This document shows positions 9,596-19,560 of a stretch of 53,461 nucleotides of DNA, piece by piece. The position numbers were made by a program, and so were the translations under genes. The notes below the pieces were generated by a model, which saw nothing but the letters and a program-made list of their open reading frames with translations, was not told the DNA's origin and searched no databases. The stretch lies in the NCBI GenBank assembly GCA_021799015.1, contig JAJZBH010000001.1:1-53461 (forward strand), written 5' to 3'. Within the stretch, counting starts at the first letter, position 1. Each line of letters opens with the position of its first letter. This stretch comes from Pseudomonadota bacterium. Its GTDB lineage: Bacteria > Pseudomonadota > Alphaproteobacteria > Acetobacterales > Acetobacteraceae.

Positions 9596-10792
9596 ATGAT
9601 CTCTCCCCTGATGCCGAATTATAATCGAATTGACATCGTTTTCGACCATGGCGAAGGCGCGTGGCTGATGACGGCGGATGGGCAGCGCTTTCTCGATTTC
9701 GGAGCCGGGATCGCGACCTCGTCGCTGGGTCATGGTCATCCTGGCCTGACGCGCGCAATCGCAGAACAGGCGGCTCGGGTCATCCACGTTTCGAATCTGT
9801 ATAGGATACCGCAAGCCGAACGCCTTGCCGCACGCTTGGTGGAAGCGAGCTTTGCCGACAGCGTCTTCTTTTGCAACTCCGGAGCCGAAGCGAATGAGGC
9901 ATTGGTCAAGGCATTCCGCAAGACAATGGCGGGCGAAGGCAAGCCGGAACGTTATCGCGTCATCTGCGCGACAGGGGCGTTCCACGGCCGCACCCTGGCG
10001 ATGATATCAGCCACGGGCAATCCAAAATATCTGGCGGGTTTTGGGCCCGCGGTGGCCGGGTTTGACCATGTGCCGTTCAACAGTCTGGCTGCGGCACGCG
10101 CTGCCATCACGGAAGAAACGGCAGGATTTCTGGTCGAGCCGATCCAGGGCGAGGGTGGCATTATACCGGCGGAGGAAAACTATCTGGCCGGCCTACGCTC
10201 GATTGCTGATGAACACGGTCTGCTGCTGGGATTCGACGAAGTACAGTGCGGTATGGGCCGCACCGGCAAGCTGTTTGCCCATGAATGGGCCCATGTCATT
10301 CCGGACGCGGTCAGCACGGCGAAAGGCGTCGCCGGGGGTTTTCCGCTTGGAGCGCTTCTGACTTCCGAGCGTGTAGCCAAACATCTGGTTCCCGGCAGCC
10401 ACGGTACGACGTATGGCGGCAGCCCGCTCGCTTGCGCCGCCGGAAACGCGGTACTTGATGTCTTGCTGGAGCCGGGGTTTCTTGAGAATATCGTGAAAAA
10501 GGGCGAGCGTTTGCGCATGGGGCTGGAGACCGTAGTGAAGTCTGAACCCGAGGTTTTTTACTCCGTGCGCGGACAGGGATTGATGCAGGGGTTGGTCTGT
10601 GCGGTACCCAATACACAGGTGCAGAATGCCTGCCTCTCCGAGGGGCTCCTGACAGTCGTGGCCAACGACAACGTGCTCCGTATGGTGCCGCCATTAATCG
10701 TCGGTGATGCCGACATCGATACAGCCCTGACATGGCTGGCGGCAGCAGCGAGGCGCTGCCGCCCCTCATCATTATCGGTGGCGGCGAAGTGA
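9596..10792 (+). CDS. argD: Acetylornithine aminotransferase
   Basis: [32 protein letters not shown] and TAKG (PLP lysine); upstream of argF. Confidence 0.93.
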   Translation: MISPLMPNYNRIDIVFDHGEGAWLMTADGQRFLDFGAGIATSSLGHGHPGLTRAIAEQAARVIHVSNLYRIPQAERLAARLVEASFADSVFFCNSGAEANEALVKAFRKTMAGEGKPERYRVICATGAFHGRTLAMISATGNPKYLAGFGPAVAGFDHVPFNSLAAARAAITEETAGFLVEPIQGEGGIIPAEENYLAGLRSIADEHGLLLGFDEVQCGMGRTGKLFAHEWAHVIPDAVSTAKGVAGGFPLGALLTSERVAKHLVPGSHGTTYGGSPLACAAGNAVLDVLLEPGFLENIVKKGERLRMGLETVVKSEPEVFYSVRGQGLMQGLVCAVPNTQVQNACLSEGLLTVVANDNVLRMVPPLIVGDADIDTALTWLAAAARRCRPSSLSVAAK

Positions 10793-11730
10793 GCGCGCTG
10801 GTGTCCGGACAAGCCGGATCCCGTACCTTGCGGCATTTCCTTGACATCGCCGCTTTGGATGCCCCCACGTTGCGCCGAATTCTCGACATGGCAGCACGTT
10901 TCAAACGGGCGGGCCGGGCCGGATCACGCCCGTTGGCCGGTCGCGCGCTCGCGATGATTTTCGAAAAGCCTTCAACACGGACACGCGTAAGCTTTGAGAT
11001 GGCAATGCGCGGGCTGGGCGGTGACGTCGTGATGCTATCCTCGCGGGAAATGCAGCTTGGTCGCGGAGAAACGATCGGCGACACTGCCCGTGTCCTCTCG
11101 CGCTATGTCGACGCAATTATGCTGCGGACAGACAGGGAGGCGAAGCTGCTGGAACTCGCATCATGCGCGACAGTTCCCGTCATCAATGGCCTGACCGAGA
11201 AATCGCACCCCTGCCAGGTCATGGCCGATATCATGACATTTGAAGAGCACCGTGGCCCGATTGCGGGACAAAGAATTGCCTGGGTCGGCGACGGCAACAA
11301 TATGGCGAAAAGCTGGATCGAAGCCGCCGCACGCTTTCGGTGCTCACTGCGCCTGGCATGCCCGCCGACCAGACGCCCTGATGCTGATGCGATAAGCTGG
11401 GCGAGGGCCCAGGGCGCTGATATTCTACTGACCGAAGATCCAGTTGAAGCCGTGGCCGACGCCCGCTGCGTCATGACCGACACGTGGATCAGCATGGGCG
11501 ACGAGGATCTGGCCGCGTGCCAACATGCCGTGCTTGCACCTTACCAGGTCAATGAAACACTGATGGCACATTCCGCAACGGACGCCATCTTTATGCATTG
11601 CCTTCCGGCTCACCGCGACGAAGAGGTTTCGGCTGGCGTGATCGACGGTCCACAATCGGTCGTATTCGATGAAGCAGAGAACCGCCTGTTTGTGCACCAG
11701 GGTATCCTGGCCTGGACGCTGGGCGGCTGA
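10789..11730 (+). CDS. argF: Ornithine carbamoyltransferase
   Basis: [13 protein letters not shown] and FMHCLP motifs. Start placed at the GTG 10789, which overlaps the argD stop (GTGA). Confidence 0.95.
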   Translation: MSALVSGQAGSRTLRHFLDIAALDAPTLRRILDMAARFKRAGRAGSRPLAGRALAMIFEKPSTRTRVSFEMAMRGLGGDVVMLSSREMQLGRGETIGDTARVLSRYVDAIMLRTDREAKLLELASCATVPVINGLTEKSHPCQVMADIMTFEEHRGPIAGQRIAWVGDGNNMAKSWIEAAARFRCSLRLACPPTRRPDADAISWARAQGADILLTEDPVEAVADARCVMTDTWISMGDEDLAACQHAVLAPYQVNETLMAHSATDAIFMHCLPAHRDEEVSAGVIDGPQSVVFDEAENRLFVHQGILAWTLGG

Positions 11731-11746
11731 CAAGGATCCTGCAAGG

Positions 11747-12628
11747 TCAATCAAACAGTACTCTGCCGCCTATGGCGTCGAGACGGCTGAGCAAAGCCGG
11801 ATCCCGCTCCGATGGCACGGTGATAATTGCATGATCCAGGGCATGATCACATCCAACGTGGCAATGTTGATGTTCAGCGCCCAAACTGGGAACAACGGCG
11901 CGTACCAAAGCCCGAGCGCGATCGGCGTTCCCGAGCAGGACTTTCACCACGTGCTCTACAGTCACAGCTTCGTGCTCATCATGCCAGCAATCGTAATCGG
12001 TCACCATCGCCACGGTCGCGTAACAAATCTCCGCCTCGCGTGCGAGTTTCGCCTCGGGCATGTTAGTCATGCCAATAACGGAGCATCCCCAGCTTCGATA
12101 GAGCTCGCTTTCCGCGCGTGTAGAAAACTGGGGTCCCTCCATGGCAAGATAGGTACCTCCACGGGTGAAAGGCAAATCCAGAGCGCGAGATGACGTCTCG
12201 AGAGCATCGCCGAGACTGGCACAAACCGGATTAGCCATCGAGACGTGGGCCACGCAGCCTGCACCGAAGAAACTCTTCACGCGCGCAAAGGTTCGATCAA
12301 TAAATTGATCGACAATAACGAAATGACCAGGCGGCAACTCCGCCCGAAGGCTGCCGACCGCCGAAAGGGACAGGATGTCGGTTACCCCGACACGCTTCAG
12401 CGCATCGATATTGGCCCTGAAATTGAGATCGGATGGCGGCACCCGGTGACCCCGGCCATGGCGCGGCAGGAAGACAACCTGCACCCCTGCCAGAGTGCCA
12501 AACAACAATTCGTCAGAAGGCTCGCCCCACGGTGTAGCAACATGTTCCCAATGCTGGTCGGAAAGGCCCTCAATATCATAGAGCCCCGAACCGCCGATAA
12601 TACCAACTACTCTGGCTTTCTGACTCAT
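11747..12628 (-). CDS. mtnP: S-methyl-5'-thioadenosine phosphorylase
   Basis: GIIGGSGLY, PRHGRGH, EGPQFSTRAES, GMTNMPEAKLAREAE and TDYDCW motifs. Confidence 0.95.
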   Translation of the reverse strand: MSQKARVVGIIGGSGLYDIEGLSDQHWEHVATPWGEPSDELLFGTLAGVQVVFLPRHGRGHRVPPSDLNFRANIDALKRVGVTDILSLSAVGSLRAELPPGHFVIVDQFIDRTFARVKSFFGAGCVAHVSMANPVCASLGDALETSSRALDLPFTRGGTYLAMEGPQFSTRAESELYRSWGCSVIGMTNMPEAKLAREAEICYATVAMVTDYDCWHDEHEAVTVEHVVKVLLGNADRARALVRAVVPSLGAEHQHCHVGCDHALDHAIITVPSERDPALLSRLDAIGGRVLFD

Positions 12629-13350
12629 CGTCCCCGCCCCGGGCGCAACGCAATGAAGCCGACCAACCAGAAAACCACGAGATAGATCATTGCCGTTAGC
12701 CCGACCAATTTCCGTTCATTCAAAGTGGGGTCCGCAGACCATGCAAGGAATGCAGTGACATCGTGTGCCATTTCGCCAACATCAGGCTTGACGCCATCCG
12801 CAAACGTGACGGAACCTTTCCTCAAGGCTGGGGCCATCGCAATTTGACCACCAGGATATGCTACATTGTAGTAATAGCCAGGGATCATCGCGACATCGGG
12901 GGGCGCATCTCGGTAACCGGTTAGCAGCGAGTAGAGGGCTTCCGGTCCGCCGCGCCGGGCCGCAACAGTCAAGGAGAGATCCGGGGCAACCACCGCACTC
13001 GCTGCACTACCACGGGAGTCCAATGCGCGCATCCGGTCGTCAGGCGTCACGGCCATTTTCTTTTTGCCTACCACGCGCTTAATTTTGCTTGTTAGCGCTA
13101 CGATCTCGGAACGGGAAAGACCAATTCCTCGGAGATCACGATAACGAATCAAACGCAATCCATGGCATTCCGCGCAATCGGCTTGGTACACCACAAAACC
13201 TTTCTGCAGGGTGGTGGTATCGAAACCGCCAAACGGCGCCTCGAATGGCCATGACTGATGATCGGCGGCAGCACGTGCGACAGGCAGTGCCACAAACAAA
13301 AGAACGATAAAGGCAGCGACACGATTCATCTTAATGCTCCACGCGGCCAT
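12625..13350 (-). CDS. petC: Cytochrome c1
   Basis: Signal peptide, W-x-F-x-x-P-F-G, heme motif CAECH, PDLSL, distal Met in GGQIAMAP, DVTAFLAW and a C-terminal anchor helix. Confidence 0.88.
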   Translation of the reverse strand: MAAWSIKMNRVAAFIVLLFVALPVARAAADHQSWPFEAPFGGFDTTTLQKGFVVYQADCAECHGLRLIRYRDLRGIGLSRSEIVALTSKIKRVVGKKKMAVTPDDRMRALDSRGSAASAVVAPDLSLTVAARRGGPEALYSLLTGYRDAPPDVAMIPGYYYNVAYPGGQIAMAPALRKGSVTFADGVKPDVGEMAHDVTAFLAWSADPTLNERKLVGLTAMIYLVVFWLVGFIALRPGRGR

Positions 13351-14524
13351 CGCCTTTGGTGCGGTTGCCTTCCAGTAAAGTGACGACAGGCGTGATCACG
13401 ACGAGAAAGGCAAACCAGTACAACGTGGCTAAATCTGCGATGATGGGCGAAAAGCGGTAGGCAGGCTCTGCCGCGGCGACTGACAGAATAATAAAATCGA
13501 GCCCAAACAGCCACACGAAAGATCGGAATACCGGGCCCGTTTTGACCGACCGATCACGTGTACGGTCGAGCCAGGGCATTGCACCAAGCAATAACACACT
13601 CCCTATAACCAGGTAAGCGCCACCGCGAACGTTCTGCGCCGCGCCGGCCAAACCTTGAAAAGCCAGAAGATACCATGGCAACGTGACTTGCAGTGGTATG
13701 GCAAGCGGGTCTGGCGGGATTGCGTTTAGTCTTGTCGAGCCCAGCCCGGGCGCGAAAGTGACCAACGCCGCACAGGCAAAGGCTAACAGGATCACACCGC
13801 TGAACAGGTTTCGATTATAATGGGTTCTTTGGACAGCCCAATCGTCGCGTTTGCCATTGTCGCCACCCCGCGACACGTGACGGACTGTCATGGTAAACAC
13901 CGCGACAACAACGAGCAGAAACCCGATCGCTATATGAGCCATGGCGACTCGCGATAACGTTGTCACGCCCACTGAATAGCCGCCGCGCAACGCCATGGCC
14001 AAACCCGGGCCAATAATCGGAAGCACCGCAAGATGCTGCGCCACGCCCGACAGTGAACCGAGGCTCCCAGCACCGCCAACCATGGCAAAGCCAAAGTATG
14101 CTACCGCCACAAGGGCAACGAGACGAAGCACCACAAGAATCCAAGCGAAAGCCCGCAGGCCACGATGGGCACCGCGACTTATTCCGTAAAAAATCTGCAA
14201 ATACACCGCGCCGAACAGCACCGCGGTACTGGCGCCGTGCAGATCCCGGATTAGCCAGCCGAAATTGACGTCGCGCATGATGTATTGCAGGGAGTTGAAG
14301 GCCGACGGGATTCCGGGACGGTAGAAGAAGCCGAGCCATATGCCTGAAATTGTGAGGACAAGCACGGCTACCCAGATCAACGCTTCCATCACGCCGAAGA
14401 CGCCCGCGGAAAGCGGGGCTGAAGCGGGGGACCGCCACCTATTAACGAAGGGGCACACGGACTCCCGTTGGCCTGGCCCCTCCGGCGCGGCGTCCGACTC
14501 CTTGCTGGCGAATGCTTTCTTCAT
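13331..14524 (-). CDS. petB: Cytochrome b homologue, divergent (heme bH ligands and PEWY motif missing)
   Basis: AFNSLQYIMRDVNFGWLIRDLH is clearly cytochrome b; also LPIIG, GGYSV and MPWLD; located between petA-like and petC genes. Confidence 0.85.
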   Translation of the reverse strand: MKKAFASKESDAAPEGPGQRESVCPFVNRWRSPASAPLSAGVFGVMEALIWVAVLVLTISGIWLGFFYRPGIPSAFNSLQYIMRDVNFGWLIRDLHGASTAVLFGAVYLQIFYGISRGAHRGLRAFAWILVVLRLVALVAVAYFGFAMVGGAGSLGSLSGVAQHLAVLPIIGPGLAMALRGGYSVGVTTLSRVAMAHIAIGFLLVVVAVFTMTVRHVSRGGDNGKRDDWAVQRTHYNRNLFSGVILLAFACAALVTFAPGLGSTRLNAIPPDPLAIPLQVTLPWYLLAFQGLAGAAQNVRGGAYLVIGSVLLLGAMPWLDRTRDRSVKTGPVFRSFVWLFGLDFIILSVAAAEPAYRFSPIIADLATLYWFAFLVVITPVVTLLEGNRTKGDGRVEH

Positions 14525-14528
14525 GACT

Positions 14529-15062
14529 TTAGCCCAATATGATTGTGTTCCGATCCGCGAACCGGTACGGCGGGATCTTCAGATTGCGTGCTGCAGCAGC
14601 GTTTAATGCTCGCCCCGCTGCATCGTATCTTGCGCCATTGCAGGGGTCATCGAAGCCATCCGGCGTCGCGACAACTTCGCAGCCGCTGGCGGGATCAACG
14701 GCAACCACAACGATGACGTTCGGCAGGCCCGGCGTAATGCGTGTTGCCAGCGAAACGGGCTGTCGCAAGCTTCGTGTGGGGATAGCCCGGAGCTGGTTCA
14801 TCTGTTGCTTTGTGAGATGGCGAATGATCACCGGGTTATCTCTCCAGATCACCACGTCGGTCTCGCCCGACTTCAGGCTGCCTAGCTCAACGGCGATGTG
14901 CGTCTCCGCCCTCGCGTTTTGATCAGGTCCGAGAGCCGCCCCAAAAATATACGCAAGCGCTCCGGCGGCTACCGCGGCCATGGCAACCATGAGGATCGTC
15001 GAAAATTTCATGGTTGCAGCCTCGCCCCCGTGGTCATGCGTGATTTCGGCCTCATCCATCAC
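14529..15062 (-). CDS. petA: Rieske-fold protein lacking [2Fe-2S] ligands (petA homologue)
   Basis: N-terminal TM helix, WRDNPVIIRH (cf. WRGKPVFIRH), GC...PC.G.RYDAAGR and NLKIPPYRF; first gene of the pet operon. Confidence 0.82.
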   Translation of the reverse strand: MMDEAEITHDHGGEAATMKFSTILMVAMAAVAAGALAYIFGAALGPDQNARAETHIAVELGSLKSGETDVVIWRDNPVIIRHLTKQQMNQLRAIPTRSLRQPVSLATRITPGLPNVIVVVAVDPASGCEVVATPDGFDDPCNGARYDAAGRALNAAAARNLKIPPYRFADRNTIILG

Positions 15063-15219
15063 TTTCTGCGCCTCCTCCCACTACGGCGTTCACTTTTCCT
15101 CGAGCACCCGATGGCCCCAATGTCGAAAAACTTCAACCCCGGTAGGGTCGAGAAACGCAACCGACGCCGCAGAATGGAGGGCTGGGAGACCAACTCCAAT
15201 CTGAGTATATAGCGCGGCA

Positions 15220-16104
15220 ATGAACCGCCCCGTGACACCAGCCCGCCCCGAGCATGAGGCACTCAAAGCTGAGGTAAAAGCCTGGTTCGAGCAGCTGCGC
15301 GATTGTATCGGCGCCGCCTTCGAAGCAATCGAGCGCGATTATGACGGTCCATTGCGCCACAGGACGCCGGGCCGCTTCGCGTATTCCCATTGGGCGCGGG
15401 AATCCGGAGGAGGAGGCGTTACCGCCGTGATGCGTGGCCGCGTGTTCGAGAAAGTGGGCATCAATGTCTCAACGGTCTGGGGAACGTTCGACCCTGAATT
15501 TGGCAAGACAATCCGCGGGGCCGAGCAGGACCCGCGCTTTTGGGCCACGGGGATCAGCTTGGTGGCGCATATGCATAGCCCTCGCGTTCCCGCCGCACAT
15601 ATGAATACCCGGATGCTCGTAACGACCAAGGGCTGGTTTGGAGGGGGCGGCGACTTGACCCCTTTGCAACCAGGAACGGAAGCAGCTTGCGAAGACGCTG
15701 CAGCCTTCCACACCGCATTTCGCCATGCCTGCGATGCGCATCATCTAAATTATTACGAGAAGTACAGACAATGGTGTGACGACTACTTTTTTCTTCCGCA
15801 CCGCAACGAAATGCGGGGGGCCGGCGGGATCTTTTTTGATTATCTGGACTCCGGAGACCTGGCGGATGATTTTGCCTTCACCCGCGATGTCGGTCTCGCA
15901 TTTCTCGAATCCTATCCCGCAATTGTACGGCGGCGTATGAATGAGCGCTGGACCGAAGCGGAGCGCGAGGCTCAGCTGATCCGCCGAGGACGCTACGTTG
16001 AGTTCAATCTCCTTTATGATCGCGGCACAATATTTGGCCTGAAAACCGGAGGCAACGTTGAGGCGATTTTGATGAGCCTGCCACCCGAGGTTAAGTGGCC
16101 ATAG
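15220..16104 (+). CDS. hemF: Oxygen-dependent coproporphyrinogen III oxidase
   Basis: [44 protein letters not shown] and ILMSLPP motifs. Confidence 0.96.
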   Translation: MNRPVTPARPEHEALKAEVKAWFEQLRDCIGAAFEAIERDYDGPLRHRTPGRFAYSHWARESGGGGVTAVMRGRVFEKVGINVSTVWGTFDPEFGKTIRGAEQDPRFWATGISLVAHMHSPRVPAAHMNTRMLVTTKGWFGGGGDLTPLQPGTEAACEDAAAFHTAFRHACDAHHLNYYEKYRQWCDDYFFLPHRNEMRGAGGIFFDYLDSGDLADDFAFTRDVGLAFLESYPAIVRRRMNERWTEAEREAQLIRRGRYVEFNLLYDRGTIFGLKTGGNVEAILMSLPPEVKWP

Positions 16105-16204
16105 AGATTGTCTTGCGTTATCGAGGAACCGCTTCAGGGGCTTTTAAAAGCATCTTCGTGGCCTTGCCAAGGCGCCTGACGGGTTCATAAGATTCGATGA
16201 CGTT

Positions 16205-16888
16205 GTGAGATTGCACATGGACACAATCTACAGGGGCGATCTGACTACACCGGCCGGGCGACGCAACGCCTGGATTGACGCCCTGTTCGTTGACCACGCG
16301 GTGTTTCGGCTCGCATGGACCAATTTCGCCGCGGTTGCGCCGGGGGTCTTGTACCGCGCCAATCATCCATTGCCATTCCATCTTGATCGATTCGCTCGCA
16401 GGGTTGGGCTAAAAACGCTGATCAACCTTCGTGGTCAATGCAGGAACGGATCGGATGCTCTCTCCCGGGAGGCGGCAGCCCGGCTCCATCTGGATTTCGT
16501 CGATATGCCGGTAGAATCGCGTGGAGCCCCCCAACGGGCCCGGATTCTGCGCCTGGCCGACATTTATCGCACAATGAGGCGGCCAGCTCTAATCCACTGC
16601 AAGTCGGGTGCGGACCGCGCCGGGATTGCAGCAGCACTTTTCATCCTCATTGAAGACGGCTCGTCGGTGGAGGCGCAACGCCAGCTGAGCTGGCGTTTCG
16701 GCCATATCAAGCAATCCAGCACAGGAATTCTGGATGAATTCCTCAAGACTTACGCTCGTGAAGCAGAACGCCGTAAACCATTCCTCACCTGGGTGGCCGA
16801 GGATTATGATGAAACCTTACTCCGCGAGCGCTTTCAATCCCGCTCAATGGCCCGCTTCGTTAACGACCGAATATTGCGGCGTGAATAG
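16205..16888 (+). CDS. Protein-tyrosine / dual-specificity phosphatase family protein
   Basis: HCKSGADRAG (CX5R) active site and INLRG. The start may be the ATG at 16217. Confidence 0.85.
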   Translation: MRLHMDTIYRGDLTTPAGRRNAWIDALFVDHAVFRLAWTNFAAVAPGVLYRANHPLPFHLDRFARRVGLKTLINLRGQCRNGSDALSREAAARLHLDFVDMPVESRGAPQRARILRLADIYRTMRRPALIHCKSGADRAGIAAALFILIEDGSSVEAQRQLSWRFGHIKQSSTGILDEFLKTYAREAERRKPFLTWVAEDYDETLLRERFQSRSMARFVNDRILRRE

Positions 16889-16901
16889 GACGGCGTAAGC
16901 C

Positions 16902-17390
16902 TTAGATCTCTGGCGGGGTGGCCGCTATGGGAATTTCCCGAGTTTCCACAGCTGGCTGATCGCCCGATCCCGGACTCGGGTTCGGGGAAGCCTGGGCACT
17001 GCTGATTTCGGCCTCTATGCCGTCACTGGCCTCGCGTGCACGGTAGCTCTGACCGTTACTCTGATATTGCCCGCTCTGCCCGTGCGCACCTTGACCATGC
17101 GTGCCTTGAGCCTGGTTCATCGCCAGCGTGATACGGAAATAATGCTCGGCGTACTGGAAGTAGCTTTCTGCCAGAACACGATCACCGGCGCTCGATGCAT
17201 CGCGTCCGAGCTGCTGGTATTTATCGTAAAGCTGTTGCGCCGTACCACGAACCCGCTGTTCCGGCCCACTGCTATCAAACACGTGGTTTCGATTGAGCGG
17301 GGTGCCACTCTGATAGCTACGGAAACCGCCGCCCCCACCGCCACTTCGGTTGCTGCGCCCGCGCATACGTTTGATGTTCATTGAATCCAA
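16902..17390 (-). CDS. DUF4167 domain-containing protein
   Basis: KRMRGR N-terminus, FDSSGP..RVRGTAQQLYDKYQQLGRDA..GDRVLAESYFQYAEHYFR; usual position after prmC. Confidence 0.85.
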   Translation of the reverse strand: MDSMNIKRMRGRSNRSGGGGGGFRSYQSGTPLNRNHVFDSSGPEQRVRGTAQQLYDKYQQLGRDASSAGDRVLAESYFQYAEHYFRITLAMNQAQGTHGQGAHGQSGQYQSNGQSYRAREASDGIEAEISSAQASPNPSPGSGDQPAVETREIPIAATPPEI

Positions 17391-17665
17391 TCATCCTGAT
17401 GTGAGTACAATAGCGGAAGGCCGGAATCGGCATGACCCGATCTTTTGCTCCCGCGCCGATCATCCGCGACCGGATTCAACCCTGAATCCAACCTGGCACA
17501 GTGATTTCGGCATCCACTCATTCGAGCCACGCCGACGACAACAACGTCGACCCTACACGTTGGCTAGAAGGAGCAATCGTCGCGAGTTACACTGGCTATT
17601 GCGAATCGCGACCGGTTACGAAATCGTATAGCCCAGTTTCGCCACGCCGCCAAATTCTTTTTGAT

Positions 17666-18505
17666 TCAGGATTTTGCGTGTGTGATGATCAAAGCGCGAG
17701 GCAGCATTGCAATATCATGACGCAGCTCGACATCGAAACCGGCGGCACACGCTAGATGTGTAACCTGGTCCGCCTGTCTACAGCCTATTTCCATGAATGC
17801 GGCGCCACCCGGGGCAAGCGCTCGACCGAGATCGGGAAGAATCGCCCGATATGCATACAAACCGTCTGCACCGCCATCCAACGCTGAAGCGGGCTCGAAA
17901 CACCGAACCTCAGGCATCAATTCGGCGATGACCGCCGACTCGATATAAGGCGGGTTGGTTATGACGATATCAAAGCCAGTCGCACCAAGACTTGCACCCC
18001 AGTCACCGACCACAAAATGGCTCCGTGCCGCCAAATGGTTTCTCACGGCGTTGCGCCTCGCCAGCATTGCTGCCTGCTCAATCCGATCGACGCCAACGCC
18101 GATGGCCCGAGGAAATTCAGCAAGCGCTGCAAGCAGCAATGCACCGGTCCCTGTCCCAAGATCGAGAATGCGACTGACTGAATCGCGTTGAGGAAACCGA
18201 GCGAGCGCGGCTTCGATCAAGGTTTCACTGTCAGCGCGCGGGATCAGCGTAAATGGCGAAACCTCAAGATCGAGCGTCCAAAACGCGGCTCGCCCAACAA
18301 TCAGCGCAAAGGGTTCATGCGCCGCCCGACGAGTCGCCAGATCAAGCGCTGCATGTTCGGGAACGACATCGCGCAAAAGCAGATCGTCGACCTGGCAGCC
18401 GAGCGCCTGCGCGAGCAAAAGCCTTGCTTCCCGGCGCGACTCGTCGATACCGGCAGCCTTGAGCCGGGTCGAGATTTGCGCAAGCGCTTCATAAAGCGGG
18501 ATCAT
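17666..18505 (-). CDS. prmC: Release factor glutamine methyltransferase
   Basis: [20 protein letters not shown] and ALDGGADGL; coupled to prfA. Confidence 0.95.
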   Translation of the reverse strand: MIPLYEALAQISTRLKAAGIDESRREARLLLAQALGCQVDDLLLRDVVPEHAALDLATRRAAHEPFALIVGRAAFWTLDLEVSPFTLIPRADSETLIEAALARFPQRDSVSRILDLGTGTGALLLAALAEFPRAIGVGVDRIEQAAMLARRNAVRNHLAARSHFVVGDWGASLGATGFDIVITNPPYIESAVIAELMPEVRCFEPASALDGGADGLYAYRAILPDLGRALAPGGAAFMEIGCRQADQVTHLACAAGFDVELRHDIAMLPRALIITHAKS

Positions 18506-19560
18506 CCCTGCGCGGCCGCAAGCTTGGCGGCCTGATCATGGGCGATCAGAGCGCCGATGATTTCGTCGAACTCGCCAAGCATTATCCGATCAATCTTGTG
18601 GAGGGTGAAATTGATGCGGTGATCGGTCACCCGCCCCTGAGGAAAATTGTAGGTTCGTATACGCTCCGAGCGATCGCCCGTCCCGACCTGAGATCTTCGG
18701 TCAGCGGCGCGCCCGGCGTCAGCACGAGCACGCTCAGCATCAAAGATGCGGGCGCGCAAGACTTTCATCGCCTTGGCGCGGTTCTTGTGCTGGCTCCGTT
18801 CCTCCTGCATGGCAACGACGATGCCCGTAGGAAGATGGGTAATCCGGACTGCACTCTCGGTTTTATTGACGTGCTGACCTCCGGCACCGGAAGCGCGATA
18901 GACATCAACCCTGAGATCATTCTCGTTAATATCGATGTCGATATCCTTGGCTTCAGGAAGCACTGCGACCGTAACGGTCGACGTATGGATACGGCCTTGG
19001 GCCTCGGTTGCAGGGATCCGCTGGACTCGGTGTACGCCGCTTTCGTATTTCAACCTGGCAAAGACCGAGGCCCCCACGATCTCAGCGACCCCTTCCTTGA
19101 GCCCTCCTAGCTCGGTCTCAGCGTAATTCAGGACTTCGAAGCGCCAGCTGTGCGCCTCGGCATAGCGCTTGTACGCAGCAAAAAGCTGAGCGGCGAACAG
19201 CGCCGCTTCGTCACCCCCCGCCGCGGGCCGGATCTCCAGTATGGCCGGCAGTTCGTCGGCCTCATCTTTTGGCAGGAGCGCAAGGCGAATCTCGTGTTCA
19301 AGCGCTGGGATCAATTCGTGGAGAGCCAATAGCTCGGCGTCAGCAAGTTCGCGCAGTTCGGGGTCGGACCGGGCAATCTCCGCCTCGGCTCGCGCGCGTT
19401 CCGCTGCGCGAAGAGCGTTGATGCGCTCCTCCAACGGCTCGATCTCAGCGAGTTCGCGTGATGCTGAGATAAAAGCATCCCCTTGCAGACCCGAGGCGAG
19501 CATGGCACGCAGTTCGGAAGCGCGCATCGCAATGCGGTCGAGCTTACCTTTCAAATTCAT
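18502..19560 (-). CDS. prfA: Peptide chain release factor 1
   Basis: GGQ motif, RF1-type PAT tripeptide (QRIPATE) and [11 protein letters not shown]. Confidence 0.96.
   Translation of the reverse strand: MNLKGKLDRIAMRASELRAMLASGLQGDAFISASRELAEIEPLEERINALRAAERARAEAEIARSDPELRELADAELLALHELIPALEHEIRLALLPKDEADELPAILEIRPAAGGDEAALFAAQLFAAYKRYAEAHSWRFEVLNYAETELGGLKEGVAEIVGASVFARLKYESGVHRVQRIPATEAQGRIHTSTVTVAVLPEAKDIDIDINENDLRVDVYRASGAGGQHVNKTESAVRITHLPTGIVVAMQEERSQHKNRAKAMKVLRARIFDAERARADAGRAADRRSQVGTGDRSERIRTYNFPQGRVTDHRINFTLHKIDRIMLGEFDEIIGALIAHDQAAKLAAAQG

Noticed and set aside
12625-15062. Calling petABC simple pseudogenes
   Set aside because: No stops or frameshifts, normal lengths, intact overlaps and selective retention of the bL, c1 and disulfide residues.
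15123-15136. FNR-like TCGA-N6-TCAA upstream of petA
   Set aside because: It mismatches the core and lacks the inner T/A positions, so it is too weak to call.
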